64,000 nt of DNA from an uncultured Rhodoluna sp. (GTDB lineage: Bacteria; Actinomycetota; Actinomycetes; Actinomycetales; Microbacteriaceae): contig CAYUBJ010000001.1 in assembly GCA_964443065.1 (NCBI GenBank), positions 3,694 through 67,693 on the forward strand. The letters run 5' to 3'. The notes under the pieces are model-generated. The model was given only the letters and a program-made list of their open reading frames with translations. It searched no databases and was not told where the DNA came from. Position 1 is the first letter of the stretch. Every line of letters starts with the position of its first letter. A program made the translations under genes and the position numbers. This document shows positions 49,880-59,937 of the stretch, piece after piece.

Positions 49880-51130
49880 GTGAGCAATATTGAGCAAATT
49901 CACCGCCGAACTATAAGGGTTTTGGCTCTTGGCCAGGTTTTAGGCGGGTTTGGGCTTGGCTCGGTGCTATCAATAGGCTCGCTACTGGCTCGTGATCTGA
50001 GCGGAACGGAAGCCTGGGCGGGTGCTGCGGCCACCTTCAGCACCTTAGGAGCTGCCACTTGGGCTATCCCACTTTCTAGGCTTGCTTACGCCAAGGGTAG
50101 AAGACCCGCGCTTGCAATCGGTGCAGCGTTTGCCATAAGTGGAGCAATTCTGGTTATTTTGTCGGCGACAATTAGGTTCTTCCCGCTACTTTTGCTGGGG
50201 ATATTTCTGCTCGGTGCAGGTTCAGCCACTGGATTGCAGGCTCGATTTGCCGCAACCGATATTCCAATCACTGGAAAAACTGGTCGATCCATCGGACTGG
50301 TGGTTTGGGCAACCACAGTTGGTGCAGTTACCGGTCCGAACCTATTTGGTCCTGGTGAATACTTAGGTCACCTACTTGGAATGCCTAAACTTACCGGGCC
50401 ATTCCTGTTCACTGTTGCAGCCCAGATACTGTCCACCTGCATTTTCTGGTTTGGACTAAAACCAGATCCACTCAAATATGCTCAGCAACTGCAGGTAGAT
50501 GCGGGAAAACAAAAACATAAAATCTCGATTAATACAGCTCTAGCTACCTTGAAGCAAAACCCGCTAGCCCGTTACGCCGTATTGAGCATTGCCCTGTCGC
50601 ACATGGTTATGGTTTCGGTGATGAGCATGACTCCGGTTCACATGCAGGATTTAGGCTATGACATTGTTGTGGTTGGCTTCACTATCAGCCTGCACATTGC
50701 TGGAATGTATGCTCTTTCACCGGTTATGGGAATTCTTGCTGACAAGGTTGGCAAGATACCAATGATTGTAATTGGGCAGCTAACTTACTTAGCAGCTTTA
50801 GCAACGGCTGGTTTTGGATCGGAAAACCGCTGGTTGGTAACCATCGGGCTAACGTTGTTGGGCTTAGGTTGGTCCGCGTCAACAGTTGCCGGATCGGCAT
50901 TACTGGCCTCTTCCCTTCCAGCCCATGAAAAAACAAATGTTCAAGGTCTAAGCGACTCGTTGATGAACCTATGTGGTGCTACCGGAGGTGCGATAGCTGG
51001 AAGCATTTTGGCAACGGTCGCCTTTGGTGGATTGAATTTATTCGCCCTGCTACCGGTAGTAACGATTGCTTTACTCTCGGTAACTTTAGGTAGACGCTCT
51101 AACGCAGCTCAAGCAGTTGTGGCCAAGTAG
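49880..51130 (+). CDS. MFS transporter
   Basis: About 12 TM segments; GRR motif A-like, RFAATD and HIAGMY motifs. Confidence 0.9.
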   Translation: MSNIEQIHRRTIRVLALGQVLGGFGLGSVLSIGSLLARDLSGTEAWAGAAATFSTLGAATWAIPLSRLAYAKGRRPALAIGAAFAISGAILVILSATIRFFPLLLLGIFLLGAGSATGLQARFAATDIPITGKTGRSIGLVVWATTVGAVTGPNLFGPGEYLGHLLGMPKLTGPFLFTVAAQILSTCIFWFGLKPDPLKYAQQLQVDAGKQKHKISINTALATLKQNPLARYAVLSIALSHMVMVSVMSMTPVHMQDLGYDIVVVGFTISLHIAGMYALSPVMGILADKVGKIPMIVIGQLTYLAALATAGFGSENRWLVTIGLTLLGLGWSASTVAGSALLASSLPAHEKTNVQGLSDSLMNLCGATGGAIAGSILATVAFGGLNLFALLPVVTIALLSVTLGRRSNAAQAVVAK

Positions 51131-51998
51131 GTCCACTACAACCACCTTCAAGCTGAATGGAATATTCAGCAGCGCGGCAGGCTAATTCAAGGGATTCCTG
51201 AAGTGAATTTCCAGCTGCCAGCGCTGCAAGGAATGCTCCGGTGTGAATATCTCCTGCACCGTTAGTATCAACAACTGGAACTTTTCTACCCGGTGCATCG
51301 GCTACTAGGTTTCCACCAAGATGAAGCTCAGCACCCTCGGGACCCTTACGCAGTAGCAGCCAAACATCCTCGGCAACATATGGCGCTAGTTTCTGATACT
51401 CGCTCTTGTTGCAAGAAATCAAGGTTGAGTTTTTTCCTAACCAGGTCAGGAAGTATTCAGAGAGCTCTGCGGTGGTCGGCCCCGGATCAAATACAATCTT
51501 GCTCTTAATTAGACCGGACTCAAATAATTCTGCAAAGGCATCTCTTGATGTTGGATAGACCAACTCGTAGCCATAGATTACAAGCCAACTGTCTACTGAG
51601 TAGTCATACTGCTTAAGTTCTCGGAAATCTCGTAACCCTTCGGCACCACTTTGAGTTACAAAGCTCCGCTGACCATTCGGCTCGACAAATGTCATACACA
51701 AACCGCTATCGCCAGTGCTGTATTGCTCTACCGCTTCAATGGCAACATTCTCCCGCTTCATGGCCTCGCGGATTTGATCTGCACGTGGACCGTTACCCAA
51801 AGGTGTGCAGTGGACGGCCGGCAGACCTAGTCGACTAACCGCAGCTTCTAGGTTTAGGGCTCCACCTACCTGGTTGAAAGTCTTGGTTGCCAGAACATCG
51901 CCGCCTGGAGTCGGAAGGTGCGGAACGTAGCAGACCTGATCGACTAGCCCACTGGCCAGCGATTTTAGATTCTTTGGTCTAAATTCGTTTAGCTGCAT
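51099..51998 (-). CDS. PfkB/ribokinase-family carbohydrate kinase
   Basis: GGALN, DPGP, N..E and DTNGAGD motifs. Confidence 0.9.
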   Translation of the reverse strand: MQLNEFRPKNLKSLASGLVDQVCYVPHLPTPGGDVLATKTFNQVGGALNLEAAVSRLGLPAVHCTPLGNGPRADQIREAMKRENVAIEAVEQYSTGDSGLCMTFVEPNGQRSFVTQSGAEGLRDFRELKQYDYSVDSWLVIYGYELVYPTSRDAFAELFESGLIKSKIVFDPGPTTAELSEYFLTWLGKNSTLISCNKSEYQKLAPYVAEDVWLLLRKGPEGAELHLGGNLVADAPGRKVPVVDTNGAGDIHTGAFLAALAAGNSLQESLELACRAAEYSIQLEGGCSGPTWPQLLELR

Positions 51999-52032
51999 TA
52001 GTTAAACCCTAGCCTGTGTCCTAAAACTAAAA

Positions 52033-52054
52033 CCGCCTCCAGTTTTGGAGGCGG
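52033..52054 (-). terminator. Intrinsic terminator after tRNA-Glu
   Basis: CCGCCTCCA-GTTT-TGGAGGCGG followed by TTTTAGTTTT on the minus strand. Confidence 0.88.
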
Positions 52055-52057
52055 AAT

Positions 52058-52133
52058 TGGTGACCCCAGCGGGATTTGAACCCGCGCTACTGCCGTGAGA
52101 GGGCAGCGTCCTAGGCCGCTAAACGATGGGGCC
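52058..52133 (-). tRNA. tRNA-Glu(CTC)
   Basis: GGCCCCA/TGGGGTC acceptor stem, CTGCC-CTCTCAC-GGCAG anticodon arm, encoded CCA. Confidence 0.96.
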
Positions 52134-52189
52134 GTAGAGCAACTTTTCTATTATGCCAGAGCCTAGGGCTTAGAACCAGCCCCGAAAAT

Positions 52190-53080
52190 CTAAGCGTAGA
52201 CCCGGAGCGACTTTGGCGCTACCCAGCAGGTTACCGGGGACTCGCCAACATGCTCACCGTCAGAGTATGCAGGCATTCCTGGTGAATCAAGAACTACCTT
52301 CTTCACTCGATGAATTTCTACCGCCGGGTGGCTAACATGCTTTCCTTCGTAAACCGTTGGGAAAAGCTTGATAAGTTCCATTCGACTTATGGAATTTAGG
52401 ACAAACAGATCCATCTCTCCGTCGTTTACCTCGGCCTCAGGGGTTATATAGAGGCCTCCACCATAGCTTGGCGAATTTGCGACAGTACACAGATTCGCCT
52501 TGAATATTCTCTCTACGCCATCAACTACCGCTCGATAAGAAATCGGTTTGAAAGCTGCAAGCTCCCGATACATCGCAAAACGATATTTGATGGGACCTTT
52601 AATCCAGTTCCAAGTGTTGGCTCGCTTATTAACCAGAGCATCAAAGCCCGCACTAACCGCACCAAAAGAGAAAAACCGTTTCGAATCAGATTCTGATTCG
52701 ATTAGATCGACCAATCTGGTTTGCTTTAGTTTTTCTACGATTCGGCTAACCCCAGCCACGACATCGTGAATAGGAAGATTCAGGGCTCGGGCAGAATCAT
52801 TACCGGTTCCTGAAGCTATCAAGCCAAGTGGTAAATCGGTTTTTGCCGTGGCGTTAACACCCAAATGAAACATTCCATCGCCACCGACAACAACTAAACC
52901 AGCAATACTGCCTGATTCAACGGCATCTTTCGCATTCTTGCTAGCAGCTTGAAAATCCTCGCCAGATAAATCAACTAACTCGATTCCGTGTTTAGCAAAT
53001 TCTTGTTTAGCAAGAGCACCGTCTTTTTTCCCCCTACCGCGACCTGAAGTCGGGTTGATAACAATGCCTAGTTTGTCCAT
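52190..53080 (-). CDS. Diacylglycerol kinase-family (YegS/BmrU) lipid kinase
   Basis: NPTSG, GGDG, GTGND, YGGG and DGE motifs. Confidence 0.92.
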   Translation of the reverse strand: MDKLGIVINPTSGRGRGKKDGALAKQEFAKHGIELVDLSGEDFQAASKNAKDAVESGSIAGLVVVGGDGMFHLGVNATAKTDLPLGLIASGTGNDSARALNLPIHDVVAGVSRIVEKLKQTRLVDLIESESDSKRFFSFGAVSAGFDALVNKRANTWNWIKGPIKYRFAMYRELAAFKPISYRAVVDGVERIFKANLCTVANSPSYGGGLYITPEAEVNDGEMDLFVLNSISRMELIKLFPTVYEGKHVSHPAVEIHRVKKVVLDSPGMPAYSDGEHVGESPVTCWVAPKSLRVYA

Positions 53081-55317
53081 CAGTTCTTTCTCAAAGTCTG
53101 CGCATTGACGGCGACAATCAATGTTGAAAGCGACATCAATACCGCTCCCAGTGCAGGAGTTAGAACTAAACCTAGTGGCATAAATAACCCGGCAGCTAAA
53201 GGTATTGCCAGAATGTTATAACCAGCTGCCCACCATAAATTTTGCAGTGATTTACTGCGGACCCGCTTACTAAGCTTCACTGCCCGAACCACCGCTGCTG
53301 GATCATCGCTAATCAGGACAATTCCAGCCGATTCAATCGCAACGTTCGTTCCAGCGCCAATAGCAAAGCTCACATCAGCCTGAGCCAGGGCTGGAGCATC
53401 GTTTATTCCATCACCGACAAAACCAACGACTGACTTATCCGACTGTAATTTTTTGATGACCTCGGTTTTCTGCCAAGGTAGCGCTTCGGCATAAACCTCG
53501 GTGATACTTATCTCTTTAGCCACATAATCTGCCACTCCCCTGGCATCGCCAGTGAGAATACCAACCCGGACTCGTTCTCGCTGGAGCTCATAAACTGCCT
53601 CAGCTGAAGACTGCCTAATCACATCGCCCAGTTTGATAAGTCCTTCAAGAATGCCATCCACAACCAAGCAAATAACGGTGCTTCCAGATGCAGTGGCTTG
53701 ATCGGCCCAGACCAAGTCAATGACTTCCATTCGATAGTTACGCTCAACAAGAAGCGCTGGTGAACCAACCAGCACTTCATACCTACCCACCTTGCCGCTA
53801 ACTCCCTTGCCAGCTAAAGCTTCAAACTTTGTTACCTTCGGTAACTTCAGTTCTCGCTCGTTCGCGGCTTGAACTATCGCTCGGCCAATTGAGTGTTCAC
53901 TTTGAAATTCCAGGGCTGCAGCCATAGCCAGAATCTTGTCTTCATCCTGAAGTTTTGACTTATTAGCTATTCGAACAGCGCTGACTCCGCGCCTACCTTC
54001 GGTAAGCGTTCCTGTTTTATCAAAGAGCACCGCATGCAGTTTCGCGGCTTGTTCAAACATCTGCCGATTGCGAATAAGCAGACCTGAGGTTGCCGCTTTT
54101 GCGGTGGTAATCGATGTCACTAGTGGAATAGCTAGACCCAAAGCGTGCGGGCAGGCTATAACAAGCACTGTGACGATGCGCTCTAGGACAAAGTCGATAG
54201 TCTGCGAACCATTTATTGTCCAGTAGATTGCAGTGATAAACGCTGCCACTAGAGCAACATAAAAAAGCCATCCGGCTGCTTGATCAGCGAGGCGCTGTGT
54301 CTTTGACTTTGACTGTTGCGCTTGCTCAACAAGTTTCAGAATTTGGGAAAAGGCAGTATTTGCGCCTGTGCCAGTGGCGCGAATGACCAGCGATCCAGCG
54401 CGTAACTGGTCATCGGTTGAAACAGTTGTCCCAGCGAATACGCTGTCAGCTACTGATTTTTCAACCAGCGCCGATTCACCAGTCAACATTGACTCGTTTA
54501 ACTTTGCCGAGCCACTAATAACCACCCCATCAACTGGAACAGCAGCACCTGGACTTACCAGAATCTGATCGCCTATGACTATTTGACCTACGGGAACTAC
54601 CTTTTGAGTCTTGCCCGAAACCTTTAATGCAGTATCCGGTAAAAGGCTTTTTAGTTCGCCTAGGGCATTTGAGGCACTCATGATTGCAGACATTTCAATC
54701 CAGTGCCCCACCAGCATGATTGTGGTTAAGGTTGCTAGTTCCCACCAGAAGTCCATGTGGCCAAAGTTGTAACCGAGGATCTCTGAGACAGTCAAAAACA
54801 GAGAGTAGCCAAAGGCAACAGTGAGAGCCAGAGCGATCAGAGCCATCATGCCTGGCTTTTTTGATTTAACCTCTTGCCAGCCAGTAGTAAGGAAAATTCG
54901 AGCTGAGGTGAAAAACAAAATGATTCCAGCAACCGCTGGAATAAAGTTTGAGCCGGGGAATGAGAGAGCCTGATAACCCAGCAACATCTGAACGGTGTGC
55001 GAGAAATATACGGCTGGAATAGTCAAAGCCGTTGAAAACAGAACTTGCTTTTTGAACAGGTCTGGATCGTGGTGGCTGTGGTCGTGACCTGAATGATCAT
55101 GGCCAGCATGAGCTTTAGCGTCTGCGCTTTGATGCTCACCGCCGGTGGCGCAACAGTTATGGCCCTCCTGGGTTTGACCTACCAGGTGGTGCTCTTGATC
55201 ACATTTACATTCATTGGGTGGGCAGTGACATTCACCACCGGGGTTATGATCGCAGACACAGCGCGGATCCTTCTTGGAATTGTGTGCTGTGCAGTCATGA
55301 TCAGCTGGATGCGCCAT
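53080..55317 (-). CDS. copB: Heavy-metal P1B-type ATPase, CopB (P1B-3)-like, with Cys/His-rich N-terminus
   Basis: TGES, CPH, DKTGT, GDGINDAP, GYN-x4-P and MSLST motifs; GAGGAG RBS. Confidence 0.92.
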   Translation of the reverse strand: MAHPADHDCTAHNSKKDPRCVCDHNPGGECHCPPNECKCDQEHHLVGQTQEGHNCCATGGEHQSADAKAHAGHDHSGHDHSHHDPDLFKKQVLFSTALTIPAVYFSHTVQMLLGYQALSFPGSNFIPAVAGIILFFTSARIFLTTGWQEVKSKKPGMMALIALALTVAFGYSLFLTVSEILGYNFGHMDFWWELATLTTIMLVGHWIEMSAIMSASNALGELKSLLPDTALKVSGKTQKVVPVGQIVIGDQILVSPGAAVPVDGVVISGSAKLNESMLTGESALVEKSVADSVFAGTTVSTDDQLRAGSLVIRATGTGANTAFSQILKLVEQAQQSKSKTQRLADQAAGWLFYVALVAAFITAIYWTINGSQTIDFVLERIVTVLVIACPHALGLAIPLVTSITTAKAATSGLLIRNRQMFEQAAKLHAVLFDKTGTLTEGRRGVSAVRIANKSKLQDEDKILAMAAALEFQSEHSIGRAIVQAANERELKLPKVTKFEALAGKGVSGKVGRYEVLVGSPALLVERNYRMEVIDLVWADQATASGSTVICLVVDGILEGLIKLGDVIRQSSAEAVYELQRERVRVGILTGDARGVADYVAKEISITEVYAEALPWQKTEVIKKLQSDKSVVGFVGDGINDAPALAQADVSFAIGAGTNVAIESAGIVLISDDPAAVVRAVKLSKRVRSKSLQNLWWAAGYNILAIPLAAGLFMPLGLVLTPALGAVLMSLSTLIVAVNAQTLRKN

Positions 55318-55399
55318 AACTTTGTGACTCCTCTATTTATCCCTAGGTAATGCTACCTGCGACCGCGCCGCCGAGTCGGCAGCCTAGTATTCTCAAGAT

Positions 55400-56035
55400 A
55401 TGAAAGTTACTAAAAAAACCCACGCCTGCCTTATTTTCGAAGAGGCTGGAAAGAAATTAGTACTAGATCCTGGTGCTTATTCAGAATCTCTAGAAGGGAT
55501 TACTGAGGTAGCGGCCATAGTGATAACTCATGCCCACGATGACCACTGCTATGAAGAGCAAATCGATCGTATCCTCAAATTAAGTCCAGAGGCGATGATT
55601 TACTGCCCGCCAGATGTAGCTAAGCGGCTGGCAAAATACACAACTACTTCCGTATATCACGGTGACTACTATGAAATTGGCCCGTTCAGCCTTGAGGTCT
55701 TTGGTGATCTCCACGCAGTTATCCACCAAAGTATTCCGGTAATCGAAAACCGAGCTGTGCTAATCAACAACAAGCTTTACTACCCAGGCGATAGTTTTAC
55801 TCAGCCGGATAGAGCTGTTGAAATGTTGGCTGTCCCAACAAGTGCACCGTGGCTCAAAATCGGTGAGGTTATGGATTTTGTAACGGCCGTCGACCACAAG
55901 CGGTCGATGCCCACCCACAATGCTCTGCTGAGTGAGTTCGGTCATAACCTGAATAACGGTCGAGTGAAAGCAATAACCGAGGCTAAAGGTGGAAAATTCA
56001 GCTACCTTTTACCTGGCGAATCTATCGAGCTCTAG
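55400..56035 (+). CDS. Metallo-beta-lactamase-fold hydrolase
   Basis: HAC, DPG, THAHDDH, PGDS and PTH motifs. Confidence 0.9.
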   Translation: MKVTKKTHACLIFEEAGKKLVLDPGAYSESLEGITEVAAIVITHAHDDHCYEEQIDRILKLSPEAMIYCPPDVAKRLAKYTTTSVYHGDYYEIGPFSLEVFGDLHAVIHQSIPVIENRAVLINNKLYYPGDSFTQPDRAVEMLAVPTSAPWLKIGEVMDFVTAVDHKRSMPTHNALLSEFGHNLNNGRVKAITEAKGGKFSYLLPGESIEL

Positions 56036-56399
56036 CCCGTTCGGCTAGCTCTTCACGCTTGGCTGAAACCAAAAGTTTCAGAGTTTTGTCAGTAACTTTT
56101 TCATTCCAAGCAAAGCGAACTACTGACTTATCCAACTCCCCCTGCTTGAGTTCTGAGGAAATCTTTTTACCAAGCGAGCCGCTGAGTAGGTAAATCGAAT
56201 AAAAATTCTTCCAGGCAGCAAACGCCAAAAAGTTCTTTCCACTGACCCTAATTGTTGGCAATTGGTAGCTCATGATTAGATCTTCGTCAGCTTTAGCCAC
56301 TCTGACTAATCGATCCCTGAGTTCGATTAGCACCTCGGCCTGCTTCGGCTCAAGGTCATTGAGATAAGCCGCTACCTCATCCCTGTCGTATTTGCGCAC
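56022..56399 (-). CDS. DUF1801/YdhG-like protein
   Basis: V.AYL, MSYQLPT, FAAWK..YSIY and K..VRF motifs. Confidence 0.78.
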   Translation of the reverse strand: MRKYDRDEVAAYLNDLEPKQAEVLIELRDRLVRVAKADEDLIMSYQLPTIRVSGKNFLAFAAWKNFYSIYLLSGSLGKKISSELKQGELDKSVVRFAWNEKVTDKTLKLLVSAKREELAERARAR

Positions 56400-56416
56400 T
56401 TGACCATTAAAGCAAA

Positions 56417-56440
56417 TCAGTCAGGCATAAGCCTGACTGA
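56417..56440 (-). terminator. Hairpin terminator after tRNA-Gln
   Basis: Perfect 10-bp stem TCAGTCAGGC-ATAA-GCCTGACTGA followed by TTTGCTTT on the minus strand. Confidence 0.82.
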
Positions 56441-56445
56441 CGGAG

Positions 56446-56517
56446 CTGGGATACCAGGACTCGAACCTAGAACAAATGAACCAGAATCACTCGTGTTGCC
56501 AATTACACCATATCCCA
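56446..56517 (-). tRNA. tRNA-Gln(CTG), CCA not encoded
   Basis: TGGGATA/TATCCCA acceptor stem, TT-CTG-GT loop, GTTCGAGTCC; downstream of gltX. Confidence 0.96.
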
Positions 56518-56556
56518 ATCAAGCCCAGAGGGCTCGATTTCCCATTCTATCTGGGG

Positions 56557-58071
56557 CTAAACGTGGCTAGCAAACAGTCTTAGCCGGTCAAGAGTCTCTG
56601 CCTTGCCGAGAATCTCCATTGACTCAAATAGTGGTGGTGAAATTCTTCTACCCGAAATACCTGTCCGAAGCGGACCGAAGGCATTTCTAGGCTTTTGGCC
56701 TAGCTGTTCAATAAGTTTCTGGTTGAGCCCAGCCTGAATGGTTGCAGTTACAAAATCCTGATCATCAATTGCTTCAAGTACCTCGATGGCAGCCTCAATT
56801 ATCTGCTTGCTATCTGCCGGTAACCCATCTTTAGCGTCCTCCTGAACCACGATGTCTTTGGCCTGGCAGAACAAGAATCCGAGCATCGGAACCGCTTCAC
56901 TCAAGACAGTTATGCGCTCCTGGATTAGTGGCGCTGCCTGCTTCAAGATGGCAAGGTCGCGTTCATTCGGTGTGCTTGAAATGACATTCTCTTTAGCAAG
57001 ATACGGGACTATGCGATTTGTGAAATCTTCAATGGTCAAAAGTCTGATGTGACTTGCATTTATGGCATCTGCTTTCTTTTGGTCGAAGCGTGCTGGATTA
57101 GGATTCACATCCTTCACATCAAATGCCTCGACCATCTCTTGTAGCGAGAAAACATCTCGGTCAGCCGAAATGCTCCAACCCAAAAGTGCTAAATAGTTCA
57201 GCAGCCCCTCAGGAATGAAGCCCCGATCGCGGTGGTGGAACAGATTTGACTCCGGATCACGTTTACTAAGTTTCTTATTCCCTTCACCCATTACAAATGG
57301 TAGGTGCCCAAACTGTGGGATGAACTTGGTAATCCCCGCTTCAAACATTGCGTTGTATAGAGCTATCTGTCTAGGTGTGGAGGAAAGTAAATCTTCGCCA
57401 CGAAGAACATGGGTAACTCCCATCAGGGCATCATCAACCGGGTTCACCAGAGTGTATAGCGGCTGGCCATTTGGGCGAACCACAACAAAATCTGGGAAAG
57501 ATCCGGCTGGGAAGGTAATTTCGCCGCGAACCAGATCTGTGAAGGTGATATCGACATCGGGAACTCTAACCCGAAGTGCCGGGGTCCTACCCTCGGCTCG
57601 ATACTTAGCCTTCTGCTCTTCAGTTAGTTCACGTTCCGAGTTATCGTAGCCAAGCTGAACAGCCCTCCCGTTGGCTTTATTACGCTCATCGATTTCCTCG
57701 CCAGTTAGGAAGCTCTCATAGATATGTCCCGAGGCCTTTAGCTTCTCGATGACCTCCATGTAAATCTCGGTTCGCTGCGACTGACGGTAAGGTTCATTTG
57801 GTCCCCCGACCCCGACACCTTCATCCCAGTTCAGTCCCAACCAACGCAGACCGTCCAGAATCATTTCAAAAGACTCTTCGCTGTCGCGCTCAGCATCGGT
57901 ATCTTCAATACGGAATATAAAGGTTCCACCGGTGTGGCGTGCATAAGCCCAGTTAAACAGTGCTGTTCTGACTAGTCCAACGTGCGGTGTGCCAGTAGGT
58001 GAAGGGCAGAACCTGACCCTAATATCTTTTCCGGTCGCTGTGCTAAACGGAGATGTAATTTGATTGGACAT
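56557..58071 (-). CDS. gltX: Glutamyl-tRNA synthetase
   Basis: [22 protein letters not shown] and KLSKR motifs. Confidence 0.98.
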   Translation of the reverse strand: MSNQITSPFSTATGKDIRVRFCPSPTGTPHVGLVRTALFNWAYARHTGGTFIFRIEDTDAERDSEESFEMILDGLRWLGLNWDEGVGVGGPNEPYRQSQRTEIYMEVIEKLKASGHIYESFLTGEEIDERNKANGRAVQLGYDNSERELTEEQKAKYRAEGRTPALRVRVPDVDITFTDLVRGEITFPAGSFPDFVVVRPNGQPLYTLVNPVDDALMGVTHVLRGEDLLSSTPRQIALYNAMFEAGITKFIPQFGHLPFVMGEGNKKLSKRDPESNLFHHRDRGFIPEGLLNYLALLGWSISADRDVFSLQEMVEAFDVKDVNPNPARFDQKKADAINASHIRLLTIEDFTNRIVPYLAKENVISSTPNERDLAILKQAAPLIQERITVLSEAVPMLGFLFCQAKDIVVQEDAKDGLPADSKQIIEAAIEVLEAIDDQDFVTATIQAGLNQKLIEQLGQKPRNAFGPLRTGISGRRISPPLFESMEILGKAETLDRLRLFASHV

Positions 58072-58083
58072 AACCTAATTAGT

Positions 58084-58842
58084 CTAAGCGACAGGGTTAG
58101 TAAGCGTCCCAATCCCCTCGATGCTTATCGAAACAACTTCACCAGACTGAATCTGACCAATTCCGGCCGGAGTTCCAGTGAGAATTACATCCCCCGGCAA
58201 TAACGTCATCGCTTGTGAGACATGTTGAATGATTCTTGGAACCTTGTGAATTAGAAGGTCAATCGAAGCTCGTTGTCGAATATCCCCTTCGACACTGGTC
58301 TCTAGAATCTGACCATCTGGCGAAAACTCGGTTTCCACCCAAGGTCCAAGTGGGCAGAAAGTGTCAAAGCCTTTTGCTCGAGTCCATTGCCCGTCTAGAT
58401 CTTGAATGTCCCGTGCCGTCACATCATTGGCGATTGTGTAACCCCAGATGTAGTCATTGGCTGACTCTAAGCTAACGTCTTTGGCAACCGCACCAATCAC
58501 AATTGCCAACTCCCCTTCGTGGTCGACACGGTTAGAGATTGCAGGGATTACTATGTGCTCTTCTGGGCCGATGACTGAAGTGGTTGGTTTCAGAAATATC
58601 AGTGGCTCTTTTGGGGCTTCGCCACCCATCTCAGCAGCGTGATCCGCGTAGTTTTTACCAATACAAACTATTTTGCTGGTGGGCAGAATTGGCGGTAGCA
58701 GTTGGATATCTTTTAGAGCTAACCGTTCGCCAGTTGTTTCATAGCCTTGAAAAATTGGGTGTCCCCTAAAAACAACTAACTCTGGACCATCGACCAAGCC
58801 CCAGGCGATTCGATCACCGGTGGAAAATTTGGCGATACGCAT
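58084..58842 (-). CDS. Fumarylacetoacetate hydrolase family protein
   Basis: IGKNYADH, FLKP, EGEL, NDVTARD and TGTPAG motifs. Confidence 0.94.
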   Translation of the reverse strand: MRIAKFSTGDRIAWGLVDGPELVVFRGHPIFQGYETTGERLALKDIQLLPPILPTSKIVCIGKNYADHAAEMGGEAPKEPLIFLKPTTSVIGPEEHIVIPAISNRVDHEGELAIVIGAVAKDVSLESANDYIWGYTIANDVTARDIQDLDGQWTRAKGFDTFCPLGPWVETEFSPDGQILETSVEGDIRQRASIDLLIHKVPRIIQHVSQAMTLLPGDVILTGTPAGIGQIQSGEVVSISIEGIGTLTNPVA

Positions 58843-59924
58843 TACTTGAGTTTCACTAACCAGTTGTGTCGATCTGGCACCCGACCATACTGAATACCGG
58901 TAAGTTCTTGACGAATTGAAACCGTTAGCTCTCCAGGCTCTGGATCTATAGGTCCGATGGTTTCTTCACGACTCTTGAATTGACCGACCGGGGTGATTAC
59001 CGCCGCCGTGCCACAGGCAAATACCTCTGTGATGGCTCCCGAGTTATATCCATCTCTGAGTTCACTGAGGCTGATTCTTCTTTCCTCAACCGGGATATTT
59101 CTATCTTTGAGAAGTTGAATCACTGAGTCACGGGTGATACCTCGAAGGATTGTGCCGTCCAAGGAAGGAGTGACTACAGATCCGTCTTTATAAACGAGGA
59201 AGACATTCATACCACCGAGCTCTTCCAGATGGGTATTAGTCTCGGCATCCAAGAACAGCACCTGAGAACAGCCATTCTCGTAACCTTCGTTCTGGGCTAA
59301 CAAACTTGCAGCATAGTTTCCACCGGTCTTGGCCTCACCGGTGCCATATTTACCAGCTCTTGCTGAGCCGAGTGCAATCCAAATTGATACTGGCTTTAGG
59401 CCGCCGGTGAAATAAGGTCCAACTGGACTGGCGATCAAACGATACTCAGCTCGCTTGGCAGCCCTAACCCCAAGGAAGTTTTCTGCCGCTATTTCAAATG
59501 GGCGGAAATAAAGGGTTTTCTCATTGACTGGCTCTGGCACCCAGTCGCCGTCAACCAAAATCAATTGACGCAGTGATTCAACAAAGACATCAACTGGAAG
59601 TTCAGGTAGAGCCATGCGCCTTGCAGATTTTTGCAATCTTGCACCGTTGGCTTCTGGCCGAAATGTGTGTATCGAACCATCATCGTGACGATATGCCTTG
59701 ATGCCTTCAAATACCTCTTGGCCGTAGTGCAGCACAGCACTGGCCGGATCCATCAGGATCGGACCATAAGCCTCAACCCGAGCGTTGTGCCAACCCTGCT
59801 CTTCTGTCCACTCAATGATTACTTGGTGATCGGTGAAGTTAATTCCAAAAGCTGGATTTACTAACAGCGCATCTCGTTCAGCCACTGGTAGTGGATGATC
59901 TGACTTTATGACTTTGAATTCCAT
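58842..59924 (-). CDS. ilvE: Branched-chain amino acid aminotransferase
   Basis: LHYGQEVFEGIKA, AKTGGNY, EELGGMN, GITR and GTAAV motifs. Confidence 0.96.
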   Translation of the reverse strand: MEFKVIKSDHPLPVAERDALLVNPAFGINFTDHQVIIEWTEEQGWHNARVEAYGPILMDPASAVLHYGQEVFEGIKAYRHDDGSIHTFRPEANGARLQKSARRMALPELPVDVFVESLRQLILVDGDWVPEPVNEKTLYFRPFEIAAENFLGVRAAKRAEYRLIASPVGPYFTGGLKPVSIWIALGSARAGKYGTGEAKTGGNYAASLLAQNEGYENGCSQVLFLDAETNTHLEELGGMNVFLVYKDGSVVTPSLDGTILRGITRDSVIQLLKDRNIPVEERRISLSELRDGYNSGAITEVFACGTAAVITPVGQFKSREETIGPIDPEPGELTVSIRQELTGIQYGRVPDRHNWLVKLK

Positions 59925-59937
59925 TAGTTATCCATCG

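Noticed and set aside
55400-56035. MBL-fold gene as a beta-lactamase
   Set aside because: No signal peptide; it resembles a generic cytoplasmic MBL-fold hydrolase.
52134-56445. Four genes between tRNA-Glu and tRNA-Gln as a possible genomic island
   Set aside because: No integrase, no duplicated tRNA 3' end (att site), and no obvious compositional shift by eye.
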